The notes under the pieces: model-generated | Seen by the model: only the letters and a program-made list of their open reading frames with translations | Database searches by the model: none | What the model was told of the DNA's origin: nothing | Made by a program: the position numbers and the translations under genes | Source of the DNA: Chloroflexota bacterium | GTDB taxonomy: Bacteria; Chloroflexota; Dehalococcoidia; Lucifugimonadales; Lucifugimonadaceae | DNA: 64,000 bases | Assembly: GCA_002717385.1 (NCBI GenBank) | Contig: PBDR01000017.1 | Location: 8,847 to 72,846, forward strand | Direction: 5' to 3' | Part shown: in pieces, positions 10,978-21,346 of the stretch | Layout: each line of letters begins with the position of its first letter | Position numbering within the stretch: position 1 is the stretch's first letter

Positions 10978-11790
10978 TTAATTTTCCCTTACTAAATGAT
11001 CCATTAATCTAGAGACTTTTGACATAAATTGGACATCATGTACTCTGATAATATCGACGCCCTGAGTGATACAGTAACTTAATGCTGCTGCTGTACCTTC
11101 TATCCTATCTAAACCTTCATCGTAAATTATTGAAGATATAAAAGACTTCCTAGACACCCCTATCAAAACAGGAAACCCCAATTCTGATTTAATAAAGTTA
11201 ATATTCCTTAATATTTCTATGGATTCTTTAGCATTTTTTTTGAACCCTATTCCAGGGTCAATTATAATTTTTTCCTTAGAAACTCCATTTAAACCTGCAT
11301 ATTCAGTAGTTTTTTTTAGATCATCTATTACTTCATCAACTACATTCGAATGTTTTTTGTTCCTAACGTGACTGACTACTAAAAAAGTACTATATTTTGC
11401 AGAAATTTTAACCATCTTCGGATCCGATAACATTGAAACATCATTGATTATTGATGCACCTAATTTACATGCTCTTTCAGCGACATTAGATTTCATCGTA
11501 TCTATAGAAATCGGGATGTCAGCATTTTCAGAAATAATCTTAATTACTGGTTCAATACGAGAAATTTCTTCAAATTCTTTCACTGGTTTACTATCTGGGT
11601 ATAAAATAGCAGGTTTTGTCGATTCTCCTCCAACATCAATAATATCTACATTTTGTGCTTTAAAATCTTCCAGTTTTTCAAGAATAATTTTTTCTGTATT
11701 TTGTCCTGAGGATAATATACCATCACCAGAAAAAGAATCAGGAGTGACATTTAAAATTCCCATTACATGAGTTTTATTCCCAAAAAGCAT
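10978..11790 (-). CDS. folP: Dihydropteroate synthase
   Basis: MGILNVTPDSFSGDG, DVGGEST, SIDT, DPGIGF, GVSRKSF and RVHDV. Confidence 0.96.
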   Translation of the reverse strand: MLFGNKTHVMGILNVTPDSFSGDGILSSGQNTEKIILEKLEDFKAQNVDIIDVGGESTKPAILYPDSKPVKEFEEISRIEPVIKIISENADIPISIDTMKSNVAERACKLGASIINDVSMLSDPKMVKISAKYSTFLVVSHVRNKKHSNVVDEVIDDLKKTTEYAGLNGVSKEKIIIDPGIGFKKNAKESIEILRNINFIKSELGFPVLIGVSRKSFISSIIYDEGLDRIEGTAAALSYCITQGVDIIRVHDVQFMSKVSRLMDHLVREN

Positions 11791-11929
11791 GTGATTATTC
11801 TTATTTATATATTGTTATGGTTTATTCTCACAAGTAATATTTAAGTGTAAGGAATTTTCCTTATAGAATTCAGTTTTTTAAACTGAAATTAGCAAATATC
11901 TAATGAACATATAATAACTCCAAAAAGGT

Positions 11930-13498
11930 GTGATACTCTATATGAAAAATGATAGTGGGGAAAAATTAATAAATGATTTGAACGCAATGCATGAAAAAGC
12001 ATTGATGGGTGGAGGTCAAAAAAGGATAGATTCTCAACATAAAAGAGGAAAATTAACTGCTAGAGAAAGAATTGAAAAACTTTTAGACAAAGATAGTTTC
12101 TCAGAAATTGACCAATTTGTTACACATGAATCAAATGATTTTGGTTTGGAAGAACAAAAATTCCTAGGAGATTCAGTTGTTACTGGTTTTGGCAGGATTA
12201 ATAACAGAAAGGTTTTAATCTATTCACAAAATTTCACCGTTCTTGGAGGATCTTTATCTTTAGTAGCATCTAAAAAAATTTGTAAATTGATGGATTTAGC
12301 AGAAAAAAACGGAATTCCTATAATAGGAATTAATGACTCTGGAGGCGCAAGAATCCAAGAAGGAATAGATTCGTTAGCAGGTTATGCCGAAATATTCAAA
12401 AGAAACACCTTATTATCAGGTGTAGTTCCACAAATCACAATTATTGCGGGACCGGCTGCAGGTGGAGCAGTATATTCTCCCGCCATCACTGATTTTATTT
12501 TTATGGTACAAGGTATAAGTCAAATGTATATCACGGGTCCAGATGTAATAAAATCTGTTACCGGTGAAGATATTTCTCATGAAGATCTCGGTGGTGCTGA
12601 TATACACTCAGCAAAAAGTGGAGTTTCACATTTCATTGCTAAAACTGAAGAAGACTGTTTCAACGATGTTAAAAGATTACTTTCATATCTCCCTTCAAAT
12701 AATTATGAAAACCCACCAAAAATTAATAGCAATTTTGAACTAAAAAAAGATGAAATTCTAAGAAAAATAATTCCTGAAGAATCTAATAAACCCTATAACG
12801 TTTTAGAAATTATTAGTCGAATTGTAGATACAAATTCTTTCTTTGAAATTCATCAATATTTCGCAAAAAATATCATTACAGGTTTTGGAAGAATAAATGG
12901 GAATGTAATAGGGATAATTGCTAATCAACCATCTGAAATGGCAGGAATGTTAGATATAGACGCATCGGATAAAGCTGCAAGATTTGTAAGATTTTGCGAC
13001 GCATTTAATATACCTTTGGTTACTTTGGTTGATGTACCTGGATTTATGCCTGGAACACACCAAGAATATGGAGGAATAATTAGACATGGAGCAAAATTAT
13101 TATATGCTTACACTGAGGCAACAGTTCCGAAAATATCTGTAATACTGAGAAAAGCTTATGGTGGAGCATATATTGTTATGAGTTCTAAAGGTTTACGAAC
13201 TGATATAAATCTTGCATGGCCCACAGCAGAAATTGCAGTTATGGGACCTGAAGGCGCTATAAATATTATTTCTAGAAAAGAAATATCTGATTCAGAAAAT
13301 CCTGATAAGAAAAAAACAGAGTTAATTGATGATTACAAAGAAAAATTCGCCAATCCATATGTTACAGCTAGTAAAGGGTATTTAGATGACGTGATTGACC
13401 CTTCAGAAACAAGGATAAAGATAGCTAAAAGTTTAGATTTATTATCTACAAAAATCCAAAGTAATCCACGGAAAAAACATGGAAACATCCCACTCTAA
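11930..13498 (+). CDS. pccB: Acyl-CoA (propionyl/methylmalonyl-CoA) carboxylase carboxyltransferase subunit
   Basis: GKLTARERI, DSGGARIQEG, GGAVYSPAITD, DVPGFMPG, RKAYGGAY and KKHGNIPL. The true start may be the ATG at 11942. Confidence 0.9.
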   Translation: MILYMKNDSGEKLINDLNAMHEKALMGGGQKRIDSQHKRGKLTARERIEKLLDKDSFSEIDQFVTHESNDFGLEEQKFLGDSVVTGFGRINNRKVLIYSQNFTVLGGSLSLVASKKICKLMDLAEKNGIPIIGINDSGGARIQEGIDSLAGYAEIFKRNTLLSGVVPQITIIAGPAAGGAVYSPAITDFIFMVQGISQMYITGPDVIKSVTGEDISHEDLGGADIHSAKSGVSHFIAKTEEDCFNDVKRLLSYLPSNNYENPPKINSNFELKKDEILRKIIPEESNKPYNVLEIISRIVDTNSFFEIHQYFAKNIITGFGRINGNVIGIIANQPSEMAGMLDIDASDKAARFVRFCDAFNIPLVTLVDVPGFMPGTHQEYGGIIRHGAKLLYAYTEATVPKISVILRKAYGGAYIVMSSKGLRTDINLAWPTAEIAVMGPEGAINIISRKEISDSENPDKKKTELIDDYKEKFANPYVTASKGYLDDVIDPSETRIKIAKSLDLLSTKIQSNPRKKHGNIPL

Positions 13499-13910
13499 AA
13501 AAGAAAATAATAAATTTAGAAATACTTCTGATAAAAAAAAATTTATAGATGCAATTTCTTCAATGGGAAAAGAGGTATGGGAATTTCATAATAGATTTGG
13601 ATTAGGATCAGGAAAACATAAAAAATTATCAGCTAAAGAAATTATTAATAAACGAAAAAACATTTTAGATGAAGAAATAGAGGAAATGTTTGAAGCAATT
13701 AATAGTAAAGATGATAAAGAAACATTATTGGAACTTGCAGATGTTTTATTTGTTTTGATGGGACATGTTGAATCAACGGGAAATTCAGGTATCCAAGCAA
13801 TCAATGATATCACTAAAAAAAATTCTAAAAAAACTATAGAAAAATATGCCATTAGAGCTGATACTGGAAAATTATTACCTCTCGAAGGTAAACCTCATAA
13901 ATGGAAATGA
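13479..13910 (+). CDS. MazG-like/PRA-PH all-alpha nucleotide pyrophosphohydrolase (DR2231-like)
   Basis: VWEFHNRFG, EEIEE and ELADVLFV (ExxE...ExxD). Confidence 0.7.
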   Translation: METSHSKKENNKFRNTSDKKKFIDAISSMGKEVWEFHNRFGLGSGKHKKLSAKEIINKRKNILDEEIEEMFEAINSKDDKETLLELADVLFVLMGHVESTGNSGIQAINDITKKNSKKTIEKYAIRADTGKLLPLEGKPHKWK

Positions 13911-13929
13911 AAATAATCTAGGAGATCAA

Positions 13930-15297
13930 ATGATTGACTTAATAAGTATCGCCAAAACTGAGGCTGATGGTGGAGATCTTTTCAAAAAACTATCGGGTCT
14001 ATTTGTTGATGCAGACATTAAACCTAAAGGTTATCCGAATGCGGTTGTTTGGCAAGGAGGTAATCACGATGGTAAGGTTCGACCAATTGCTCATTCACTA
14101 ACAGATGCATACGCATTAATAGGAACTATAGCAGCAATAGATATCCTTGGATTACCTTTTTATGCTGTTCCTATGTGGAGTCAATATAGGCATGATTCAA
14201 AATTAGAAGCTTTAGCATGGTTTGGGAATATCCCATTTACTTCAATTAAATGGTCCACAGCTGGAGATGCATATGTAAATGATAGTAATGGTAAAAAAGT
14301 AGTAGTAATGGGAAAATCTGGTAATGCTCCCTTACGGACACAAGCCGGAGTGTACTGTAATGTTAGACCTTATGGTCCCATAACTGTTGTTAGAAGTATG
14401 CCGTGTCTGCCTTATTCACAAAACAAAGAAAAATTTAGCGTTGATAAATCAGGAGTAATTCATTCAGAAATGAATACACCTGGTGTACAAATGGCATATG
14501 CAAACAGACTATTCTTAAAATTAGTCAACGATTCAGGTTCTATTGGAAGAGTAGCTACAAAACCTACACAAGCAATGGAAGATGGGATTAATGCTGGTAT
14601 TCATTCATGGTTATTAAAAGGTACCAAATTTGAAGTTGGACGTAAATATGCAGTTGACCCGTATGAAGAACACAAAGATAAAATAGAAAATATAATTAAA
14701 TTACTCCCAAAAAACTTTAAAGATGGAATGGAAAATTGGTCAGGCAAAATAGAACAACATATTTCTGACACTAACTATGGATTATTAATATGGGATCTTA
14801 TTAATCAACAAAATACTATTGTATTTTCTACCGATTTAGATGGAGATAGATTAACTGATTTACTTGCTGATATTTCTGAACCTTTAAGATCTTTTGGAGG
14901 TAAAGTAGCTAAACATATAGGCAAAGATGTTAATATGCAAAAAATATGGTCCGAAATGGGATACATTACTGGTAACGGTCGAGATATGACTTCAATCATG
15001 CATAGAATGAATGGACCTGCAATTCATGAACAAACATTAGGTTCTGCAGATACAATGCTTTTAAGGCTTCTTAATGGTGATGAATGGGTTAAAGGAACAA
15101 AACAACCTTATGATCCAAGAATTCATTTTGTTTTAATTAGAGATGCATATGTTGATGCAAATCCTGAAAATAAAGAGCTTCATTTATGGCTAGAAAGATC
15201 TCTTGAAATTTTTGATGAAATTTATAGTGGGGAAAGACCAGGTTTTATTGAAGGATACAAATCTCTAAAAGAAACGATTAAACCTTGGGGGTCATAA
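13930..15297 (+). CDS. Highly divergent isocitrate/isopropylmalate dehydrogenase family protein, probable isocitrate dehydrogenase
   Basis: AGGAG RBS before ATG 13930. [19 protein letters not shown] matches RSLNVALRQELDLYICLRP of E. coli Icd. Also [26 protein letters not shown] and HEQTLGSA. Lies directly upstream of mdh. Confidence 0.75.
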   Translation: MIDLISIAKTEADGGDLFKKLSGLFVDADIKPKGYPNAVVWQGGNHDGKVRPIAHSLTDAYALIGTIAAIDILGLPFYAVPMWSQYRHDSKLEALAWFGNIPFTSIKWSTAGDAYVNDSNGKKVVVMGKSGNAPLRTQAGVYCNVRPYGPITVVRSMPCLPYSQNKEKFSVDKSGVIHSEMNTPGVQMAYANRLFLKLVNDSGSIGRVATKPTQAMEDGINAGIHSWLLKGTKFEVGRKYAVDPYEEHKDKIENIIKLLPKNFKDGMENWSGKIEQHISDTNYGLLIWDLINQQNTIVFSTDLDGDRLTDLLADISEPLRSFGGKVAKHIGKDVNMQKIWSEMGYITGNGRDMTSIMHRMNGPAIHEQTLGSADTMLLRLLNGDEWVKGTKQPYDPRIHFVLIRDAYVDANPENKELHLWLERSLEIFDEIYSGERPGFIEGYKSLKETIKPWGS

Positions 15298-15319
15298 ACA
15301 AAACATAAAGGATCATATT

Positions 15320-16249
15320 ATGAAATTTAAAGTATCAGTTATTGGAGCAGGAAATGTGGGAGCAACCACAGCTCAAAGAATTTATGAAAAAGGATATTCT
15401 GATGTCGTATTAATTGACATTCTGGAAGACATGCCTCAGGGTAAGTCTTTAGATATGCTTGAGTCAGGACCTGTACTTGGTACAGATGCAAATATTATTG
15501 GATCTAATTCATATAATGAATCCAAAAATTCAGATGTAGTAGTAATCACAGCCGGAATTGCAAGAAAACCTGGAATGAGTAGAGACGATTTACTAATAAC
15601 AAACATGAAAATTGTTGGATCAGTAACTAAAGAAGTTGTAAAAAGATCACCGAACGCAATTCTAGTAGTGGTATCAAATCCTCTAGATGCAATGGTTCAA
15701 CACGCTTATAACATTAGCGGATTTCCTAAAGAACGTGTAGTTGGAATGGCAGGAATATTGGATACCGCACGTTTTAGAACATTTTTATCTCAAGAATTAA
15801 ATGTTTCAGTTACTAATATTTCAGCTTACGTTTTAGGAGGACATGGAGATACTATGGTACCTCTGATAGGGTCAACCACTGTAGGAGGTGTGCCTATATC
15901 AACCTTAATAAAACCCAACCGTTTAAATGAAATTATACAACGTACTAGGGATGGAGGAGCTGAGATAGTAGGTCTTCTTAAAACTGGCTCTGCATATTAT
16001 GCTCCTTCTGCAGCAGTAGCACAAATGGTTGAGTCAATTTTACTTGACAGGAAAGAAATACTCCCATGTGCAGCTTTATTAGAAGGTGAATATGAAATCA
16101 ATGGTCTTTATGCAGGTGTTCCAATAAAATTGGGTGCAAATGGAATTGAAGAAATAATAGAGATAGATCTTACTGATGAAGAATCAAAGGCACTTAAAAA
16201 TTCAGCTGAATCGGTAAAAGAATTAATCGAAATAATGGATAAAAATTAA
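15320..16249 (+). CDS. mdh: Malate dehydrogenase (LDH-like)
   Basis: [34 protein letters not shown] and GSAYYAP. Confidence 0.96.
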   Translation: MKFKVSVIGAGNVGATTAQRIYEKGYSDVVLIDILEDMPQGKSLDMLESGPVLGTDANIIGSNSYNESKNSDVVVITAGIARKPGMSRDDLLITNMKIVGSVTKEVVKRSPNAILVVVSNPLDAMVQHAYNISGFPKERVVGMAGILDTARFRTFLSQELNVSVTNISAYVLGGHGDTMVPLIGSTTVGGVPISTLIKPNRLNEIIQRTRDGGAEIVGLLKTGSAYYAPSAAVAQMVESILLDRKEILPCAALLEGEYEINGLYAGVPIKLGANGIEEIIEIDLTDEESKALKNSAESVKELIEIMDKN

Positions 16250-16395
16250 ATTTTATAAATCAAATCGACTAAAAAAACAAAAAAGCTATAATCACTACCG
16301 CTGATCAACAAATAGAAAATTGAATTTTAAGAGCTTTTATTGTTTATCTAACTTCTGGTGAAGGACCTTATATGGATAGATAAAATGTTGTAAAT

Positions 16396-17286
16396 TTATA
16401 AAGTGATTTCTTCAATTTTTTTTACAACATCTTTAGTTGAAACAATATGTTTTTGAAGTCCTAGTTCTTTTTTTGATATACCCATAGCTAAACCAATTAA
16501 TTGTGGAACATGTATTATAGGCATATCAGCTTTATCTTTTCTGTTTTTCCTTCTGGCTTTAGGTTGATATCCATCTAAATTAAGATGACAAAGTGGACAA
16601 GGTGTAACAATAGCATTTGCTCCAGAATCTTTTGCATTACCAGTATGGTTTGAAACCATTTTTAGTGAATTTTCTTGATTGATAAATAATATAGGGAATC
16701 CACAACATGCAGTAGTTCCAGAATATTTAGTAACCGTAGCACCAGTAGATTCAATTAATAATTCAAGCGAATTTTCTCTATTAGGATATTGATTGAATTC
16801 CAAAGCATCTGAAGGTCTTACCATATAGCATCCATAAAAAGGTGCTAATTCTAGACCTTTCAATTCAGAAACAAACGTTTTCTTTAATTCCTCAAGACCA
16901 ATATCTTCTATGATAGCCCAAAGAAGATGTTTTACCTTAGTGGTTCCATTATACTTCAGTCCTTCATCTCTTAAAACTTCGTTTATTTCATCAAGATATT
17001 TACTGTCTTTAAGTACCCTATGATTTGCTTGGCTAATTACTCCTTGACAAGTTGAACAAATAACTAACATTGTCAATCCCATCTCTTCAGCCATAGCCAA
17101 TGTCCTAATATTAAGTATGTCACCCATTTTTTGATCTTTTTCTTGTAAAACACCTGCTCCTGTACACGATGCCCTAGTTAGTTCTACAACTTCAATATTC
17201 AATCGTTCCATCACAATTTTTGCAGAATCATACAACTCTGGAGCACCACCTTTAGCTACACAGCCAGGGAAAAAAGCATACTTCAT
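16396..17286 (-). CDS. HdrB-like CCG-domain subunit (SdhE-type anchor of succinate dehydrogenase)
   Basis: YAFFPGC, SCTGAG, CSTC, PFYGCYMVRP, ACCG and TPCPLCHLNLD; overlaps the sdhB stop. Confidence 0.88.
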   Translation of the reverse strand: MKYAFFPGCVAKGGAPELYDSAKIVMERLNIEVVELTRASCTGAGVLQEKDQKMGDILNIRTLAMAEEMGLTMLVICSTCQGVISQANHRVLKDSKYLDEINEVLRDEGLKYNGTTKVKHLLWAIIEDIGLEELKKTFVSELKGLELAPFYGCYMVRPSDALEFNQYPNRENSLELLIESTGATVTKYSGTTACCGFPILFINQENSLKMVSNHTGNAKDSGANAIVTPCPLCHLNLDGYQPKARRKNRKDKADMPIIHVPQLIGLAMGISKKELGLQKHIVSTKDVVKKIEEITL

Positions 17287-18242
17287 TGTTTTTTTTCTTC
17301 CACTTTTTTGTAAATATCTTTTATTTTCTCTTTATCTTCTGCCTTATGAGGTATTAATGGGGGGAGCTTACCTTTTAGTAGAGCTTTCATACCTATAGGA
17401 GCCAAATCAAGTAATCTAGGTATATTTGTAATACCAGCAGAATCCACTGCAAGTCTTGTTTCATCAAGTCTACCATGTTTTTTAACAGAATTATAAAAAG
17501 ACTCTGTGTGTTTGTAACCTGAAGTACTTTTATTACCAGACTCTATAGCTGACTCTCGCATTTCCATTATTCTATCCATAGGGGCTACCCCTTTTGGACA
17601 AACTTCTACACACTGCATACATCTTGTACAATCCCAAATACCACCATCTTGATCATTTAAATATCTTAATCTTTCCTCTTTTTTACCATCCCTTGGATCT
17701 TCAACAAATCTCCAAGCTTTTGCTAATGCTGCTGGTCCAATAAATTTATTGTCAACCTCTAAAACGGTACAATCTGAAACGCAAACGCCGCACATTATAC
17801 AATTCATACTAGTAAGTAAATTTTCCATAGATTCATTCGAGGCGATAAATTCTCCCGTTTCAGGTTCTGAATCAGGAACTATATATGGAGTAACTTGATC
17901 GATTTTTGAAAAGAAACTGTCCAATGAAACAACTAAATCTCTAATAATAGAGTGATTCCCTAGTGGTTCAATATTCAAAGGTTCATTGTTTTTTAATATT
18001 GATTCAACTCTAGTTTTACAAACCAATCTAGCACGACCGTTAACCCTCATACCACATGAACCACAAATAGAAGCTCTACATGCGCATCTTAAAGCTAATG
18101 TTCCATCTATCTCATCTCTTATTTTAATTAAAGCATCAAGAATAGTAGTATTTGAATTTATCTGTATACTATACTCCTGCCACCACTCATTATCTGATGG
18201 TAACTCTGGATCAAATCTTTTTATATTTAATTTTACTTCCAT
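17283..18242 (-). CDS. sdhB: Succinate dehydrogenase iron-sulfur subunit with C-terminal extension
   Basis: CRASICGSC, CIMCGVCVSDC and CTRCMQCVEVCPKG; ATG overlaps the sdhA stop (TGATG). Confidence 0.93.
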   Translation of the reverse strand: MEVKLNIKRFDPELPSDNEWWQEYSIQINSNTTILDALIKIRDEIDGTLALRCACRASICGSCGMRVNGRARLVCKTRVESILKNNEPLNIEPLGNHSIIRDLVVSLDSFFSKIDQVTPYIVPDSEPETGEFIASNESMENLLTSMNCIMCGVCVSDCTVLEVDNKFIGPAALAKAWRFVEDPRDGKKEERLRYLNDQDGGIWDCTRCMQCVEVCPKGVAPMDRIMEMRESAIESGNKSTSGYKHTESFYNSVKKHGRLDETRLAVDSAGITNIPRLLDLAPIGMKALLKGKLPPLIPHKAEDKEKIKDIYKKVEEKKQ

Positions 18243-19924
18243 CAATATTGCCTCTCTACTGGTTCCCATTTAGTTATATTCACTGGTAAAGTTTCTACTT
18301 TAACTCCATTTTTGCTTTCATTATCTTTAGAAACTAGTATATGTTTTAACCAATTTTTATCATCTCGAGTTGTTATATCTGTTCTAAAATGGGCTCCCCT
18401 ACTTTCTTTTCGAGAAATCGCTGAATGAACTATTGACCAAGCAACATCAGTCATAAATTCTAATTCCAAAGCAAAAATTAAATCAGTATTAAATACTGCC
18501 CCTTTTCGATCTATAGAAATATTTTTAACTCTATCTCTAATACCAGAAATATCATTAATCGCCTTTTCCATAGTTTTTTGATTCCTAAACACCCCTATTC
18601 CTAATGTCATAGAATTTGCCATTTCATTCCTAACAATAGCTGGTCTTTCACCATTTTTTCTGTCAATTATTGACTGTAATCTCTTTTTTTCATTTTCCAA
18701 ATATGAAGCATCAAGATTTACATGTTTGATATTTTTTACATAATTTGTTGCATGATCAGCAGCACGTCTACCAAAAACCACTGTGTCAAGTAACGAATTT
18801 GCACCTAATCTGTTTGCTCCATGTACACTCACATTAGCACATTCTCCTGCTGCATATAAACCATCAACTGAAGTAGCACCATTAACATCCGTCTTAATTC
18901 CTCCCATTATATAATGCATTCCTGGTCGAATAGGTATTGGCTGCTCAGCTAAATCTATTCCCATGAATTCAACCCCAACTTCCTGTAAATATCCCAATCT
19001 TGACTCAATGTATTTTCGACCCAAATGCCTAAGATCTAATAAAACGTTACCATCTATACCTCTGCCTTCATTGATTTCAGTTTGTTCGGATCTAGAAACT
19101 ACATCACGTGAAGCCAATTCCATATATTCGGGAGCATATTTTTCCATAAATCTATCCCCATCAGAATTCAAAAGGTACGCACCTTCTCCTCTTGCAGCCT
19201 CGGACATCAATATTCCAGTCCCTGCGAGAGTTGTAGGATGATATTGGATCATTTCCATGTCCATCACCGCTGCTCCTGCTTGCCAAGCCAACGCTAAACC
19301 ATCACCTGTACAAATTATTGCATTTGTAGAAGGTTCAAATACCCGACCAGCCCCACCAGCAGCTATAATTACCGATTTAGCACGTATAACGTATAATTCT
19401 CCTGTTTTGATATCTAAAGCTATAACACCACAACATTTTCCTTCTTCTATAAGTAACTTTGTAACAAACCATTCTTCATAAACATTTAATCCGTATTTAA
19501 TTGATTGCTCAAATAATACATGAAGGATAGCTGAACCTGTAATAGCACCAACAAAAAAGGTCCTTGCAATCTTCTGTCCACCAAATCTTCTAGTACCTAA
19601 TTTACCATCATCACCTCTACTAAAAATCACACCCATTCTTTCCAACTCAATTACAGACTCACCTGCTTCCCTTGACATGATTTCAACTGCATCTTGATCA
19701 GCTAAAAAATCTGAACCTTTAATAGTGTCATAAGCATGATCTTCCCAATCATCTCCTCTATCAGTTAACGGAGCGTTAATACCTCCTTGAGCTGCATTAG
19801 AATGACTCCTTACAGGATGAACTTTTGAAATTACTCCAACATTCATGCCATTTCTAACCCCCTCAACAGCTGCACGAAGACCTGCAAGACCTGCTCCAAT
19901 TATCAAGATATCGTGTTCATACAT
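18242..19924 (-). CDS. sdhA: Succinate dehydrogenase flavoprotein subunit
   Basis: [16 protein letters not shown] (covalent FAD His), [30 protein letters not shown] and ESRGAH. Confidence 0.95.
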   Translation of the reverse strand: MYEHDILIIGAGLAGLRAAVEGVRNGMNVGVISKVHPVRSHSNAAQGGINAPLTDRGDDWEDHAYDTIKGSDFLADQDAVEIMSREAGESVIELERMGVIFSRGDDGKLGTRRFGGQKIARTFFVGAITGSAILHVLFEQSIKYGLNVYEEWFVTKLLIEEGKCCGVIALDIKTGELYVIRAKSVIIAAGGAGRVFEPSTNAIICTGDGLALAWQAGAAVMDMEMIQYHPTTLAGTGILMSEAARGEGAYLLNSDGDRFMEKYAPEYMELASRDVVSRSEQTEINEGRGIDGNVLLDLRHLGRKYIESRLGYLQEVGVEFMGIDLAEQPIPIRPGMHYIMGGIKTDVNGATSVDGLYAAGECANVSVHGANRLGANSLLDTVVFGRRAADHATNYVKNIKHVNLDASYLENEKKRLQSIIDRKNGERPAIVRNEMANSMTLGIGVFRNQKTMEKAINDISGIRDRVKNISIDRKGAVFNTDLIFALELEFMTDVAWSIVHSAISRKESRGAHFRTDITTRDDKNWLKHILVSKDNESKNGVKVETLPVNITKWEPVERQY

Positions 19925-19966
19925 TTTTCACCTCAAGATATAAAATTAGTAGAATTACAAAATAGT

Positions 19967-20497
19967 TCAACCACTAAAAATTGTATTCATCAAAAGTAAA
20001 GCGATAATTGAAGTTTGATCTACAATTTTACCTTTTCTTATCAACTCAGGAACATTACTAATTTTAATACTATTAATCTCAATGTGCTCATCTAAATCTG
20101 GCTTTAATGGCGAATGAAAAATTTCTTTTGCTGAAAAAATAGAACATTTTTCCGAAGAATATCCTGGAGCAACTAAGGTTTCACATAATAAACTGATTTG
20201 TTTAGCATCATAATTAGTCTCCTCTCGTAATTCCCGTCTAGCACACTGAATGGATGATTCTGAAATTTTTCTATTTCCAGAGGGAATTTCAAGTACATAT
20301 TTTCCAACAGAATATCTCCATTGCTCCACTAAAATAATGTTTTCTGAATCTAGAAAAGGAATTATTGCGGATGAACCAAAATGTTCAATATATTCATGTG
20401 AAAAGAATTCATTATCTTGAAATTGAAAATCAATTTTATGAAGAGAAAATTTATTTCCATCATATACAACTCTATCTTGTAAAACATTTGGTTTCAT
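19967..20497 (-). CDS. NUDIX hydrolase (ADP-ribose pyrophosphatase-like)
   Basis: EQWRY, EIPSG...E...ARRELREET Nudix box, and PGYS. Confidence 0.85.
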   Translation of the reverse strand: MKPNVLQDRVVYDGNKFSLHKIDFQFQDNEFFSHEYIEHFGSSAIIPFLDSENIILVEQWRYSVGKYVLEIPSGNRKISESSIQCARRELREETNYDAKQISLLCETLVAPGYSSEKCSIFSAKEIFHSPLKPDLDEHIEINSIKISNVPELIRKGKIVDQTSIIALLLMNTIFSG

Positions 20498-21345
20498 ATT
20501 TTATATGTACCTTTTCTTATCCCCAATTTTCTAGACAAATTTCCCCAATATTCATCAGGTGATTTCATTCTCAAAAATCCAACCTTTCTATTTGAAATTT
20601 TAACTTCTACTGAATCTGTATTTCCCATCTCAATATCCATAAATCCATCAATATTTAAAATAGCGTCATTTTGAGTAAAAACAGTCAATTTTATTTTTGA
20701 ATTACTTCCTAAAACAACTCCTCCAAATTGACTCATATGAGTTGCGATTGGTTTTAGTAAAATATTATTTGAAGTTGGATCTAAAACGGGAGAACCTAAA
20801 GAAAGTGAATAAGCTGTTGAGCCAGTAGGAGAAGAGGCTACAACTCCATCTCCTCTGTAAGTAGCTAAGTGTACACCATTTATTTCAGTTGAAATCTCAA
20901 TAACTCTTAAAAATTTCCCACGAGCGAGAGTAATATCATTCAATGCATGGAGAGTATTATTGCTTTTTATCTTTGCTTCCAACATAAATCTATACTCTAT
21001 TCTCGCACCACCATTAAAATAATTTTGAACTTGAGTTTGAAAATTATTTGATTCCAATTCACTCATAAATCCCACTCTACCTGTATTTATACCCAAAATA
21101 GGAATAGACGATCCTGAAATCTTATGCGCAGCTCTTAAAATAGTACCGTCACCACCAATTGTTACAACTAAATCCGTAGATTTTAATTCATAATTTTCCA
21201 AATCAAATTCATTAATCTTATTAAAATTATATCCTTTAGAAAAATCATTAAAAATTTTATCTGCAATGACACTTGAATTTGAGTGTGTATCATTGAAAAT
21301 AACTAGAATGTTATTGTATTTATGCAATTTTAATTTTATCCCCAT
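20494..21345 (-). CDS. nadK: NAD kinase
   Basis: GGDGTIL, GINTGRVGF, LND and DGVVASSPTGSTAYSLS. Confidence 0.93.
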   Translation of the reverse strand: MGIKLKLHKYNNILVIFNDTHSNSSVIADKIFNDFSKGYNFNKINEFDLENYELKSTDLVVTIGGDGTILRAAHKISGSSIPILGINTGRVGFMSELESNNFQTQVQNYFNGGARIEYRFMLEAKIKSNNTLHALNDITLARGKFLRVIEISTEINGVHLATYRGDGVVASSPTGSTAYSLSLGSPVLDPTSNNILLKPIATHMSQFGGVVLGSNSKIKLTVFTQNDAILNIDGFMDIEMGNTDSVEVKISNRKVGFLRMKSPDEYWGNLSRKLGIRKGTYKI

Positions 21346-21346
21346 T

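Noticed and set aside
13846..13929. ORF-track N-terminal extension of the IDH-like gene
   Set aside because: It overlaps the upstream gene; the AGGAG RBS supports ATG 13930.
16250..16395. Possible gene remnant between mdh and the HdrB-like gene (IITTADQQIEN*ILRAFIVYLTSGEGPYMDR*)
   Set aside because: Too short, has no start, and shows no recognisable homology.
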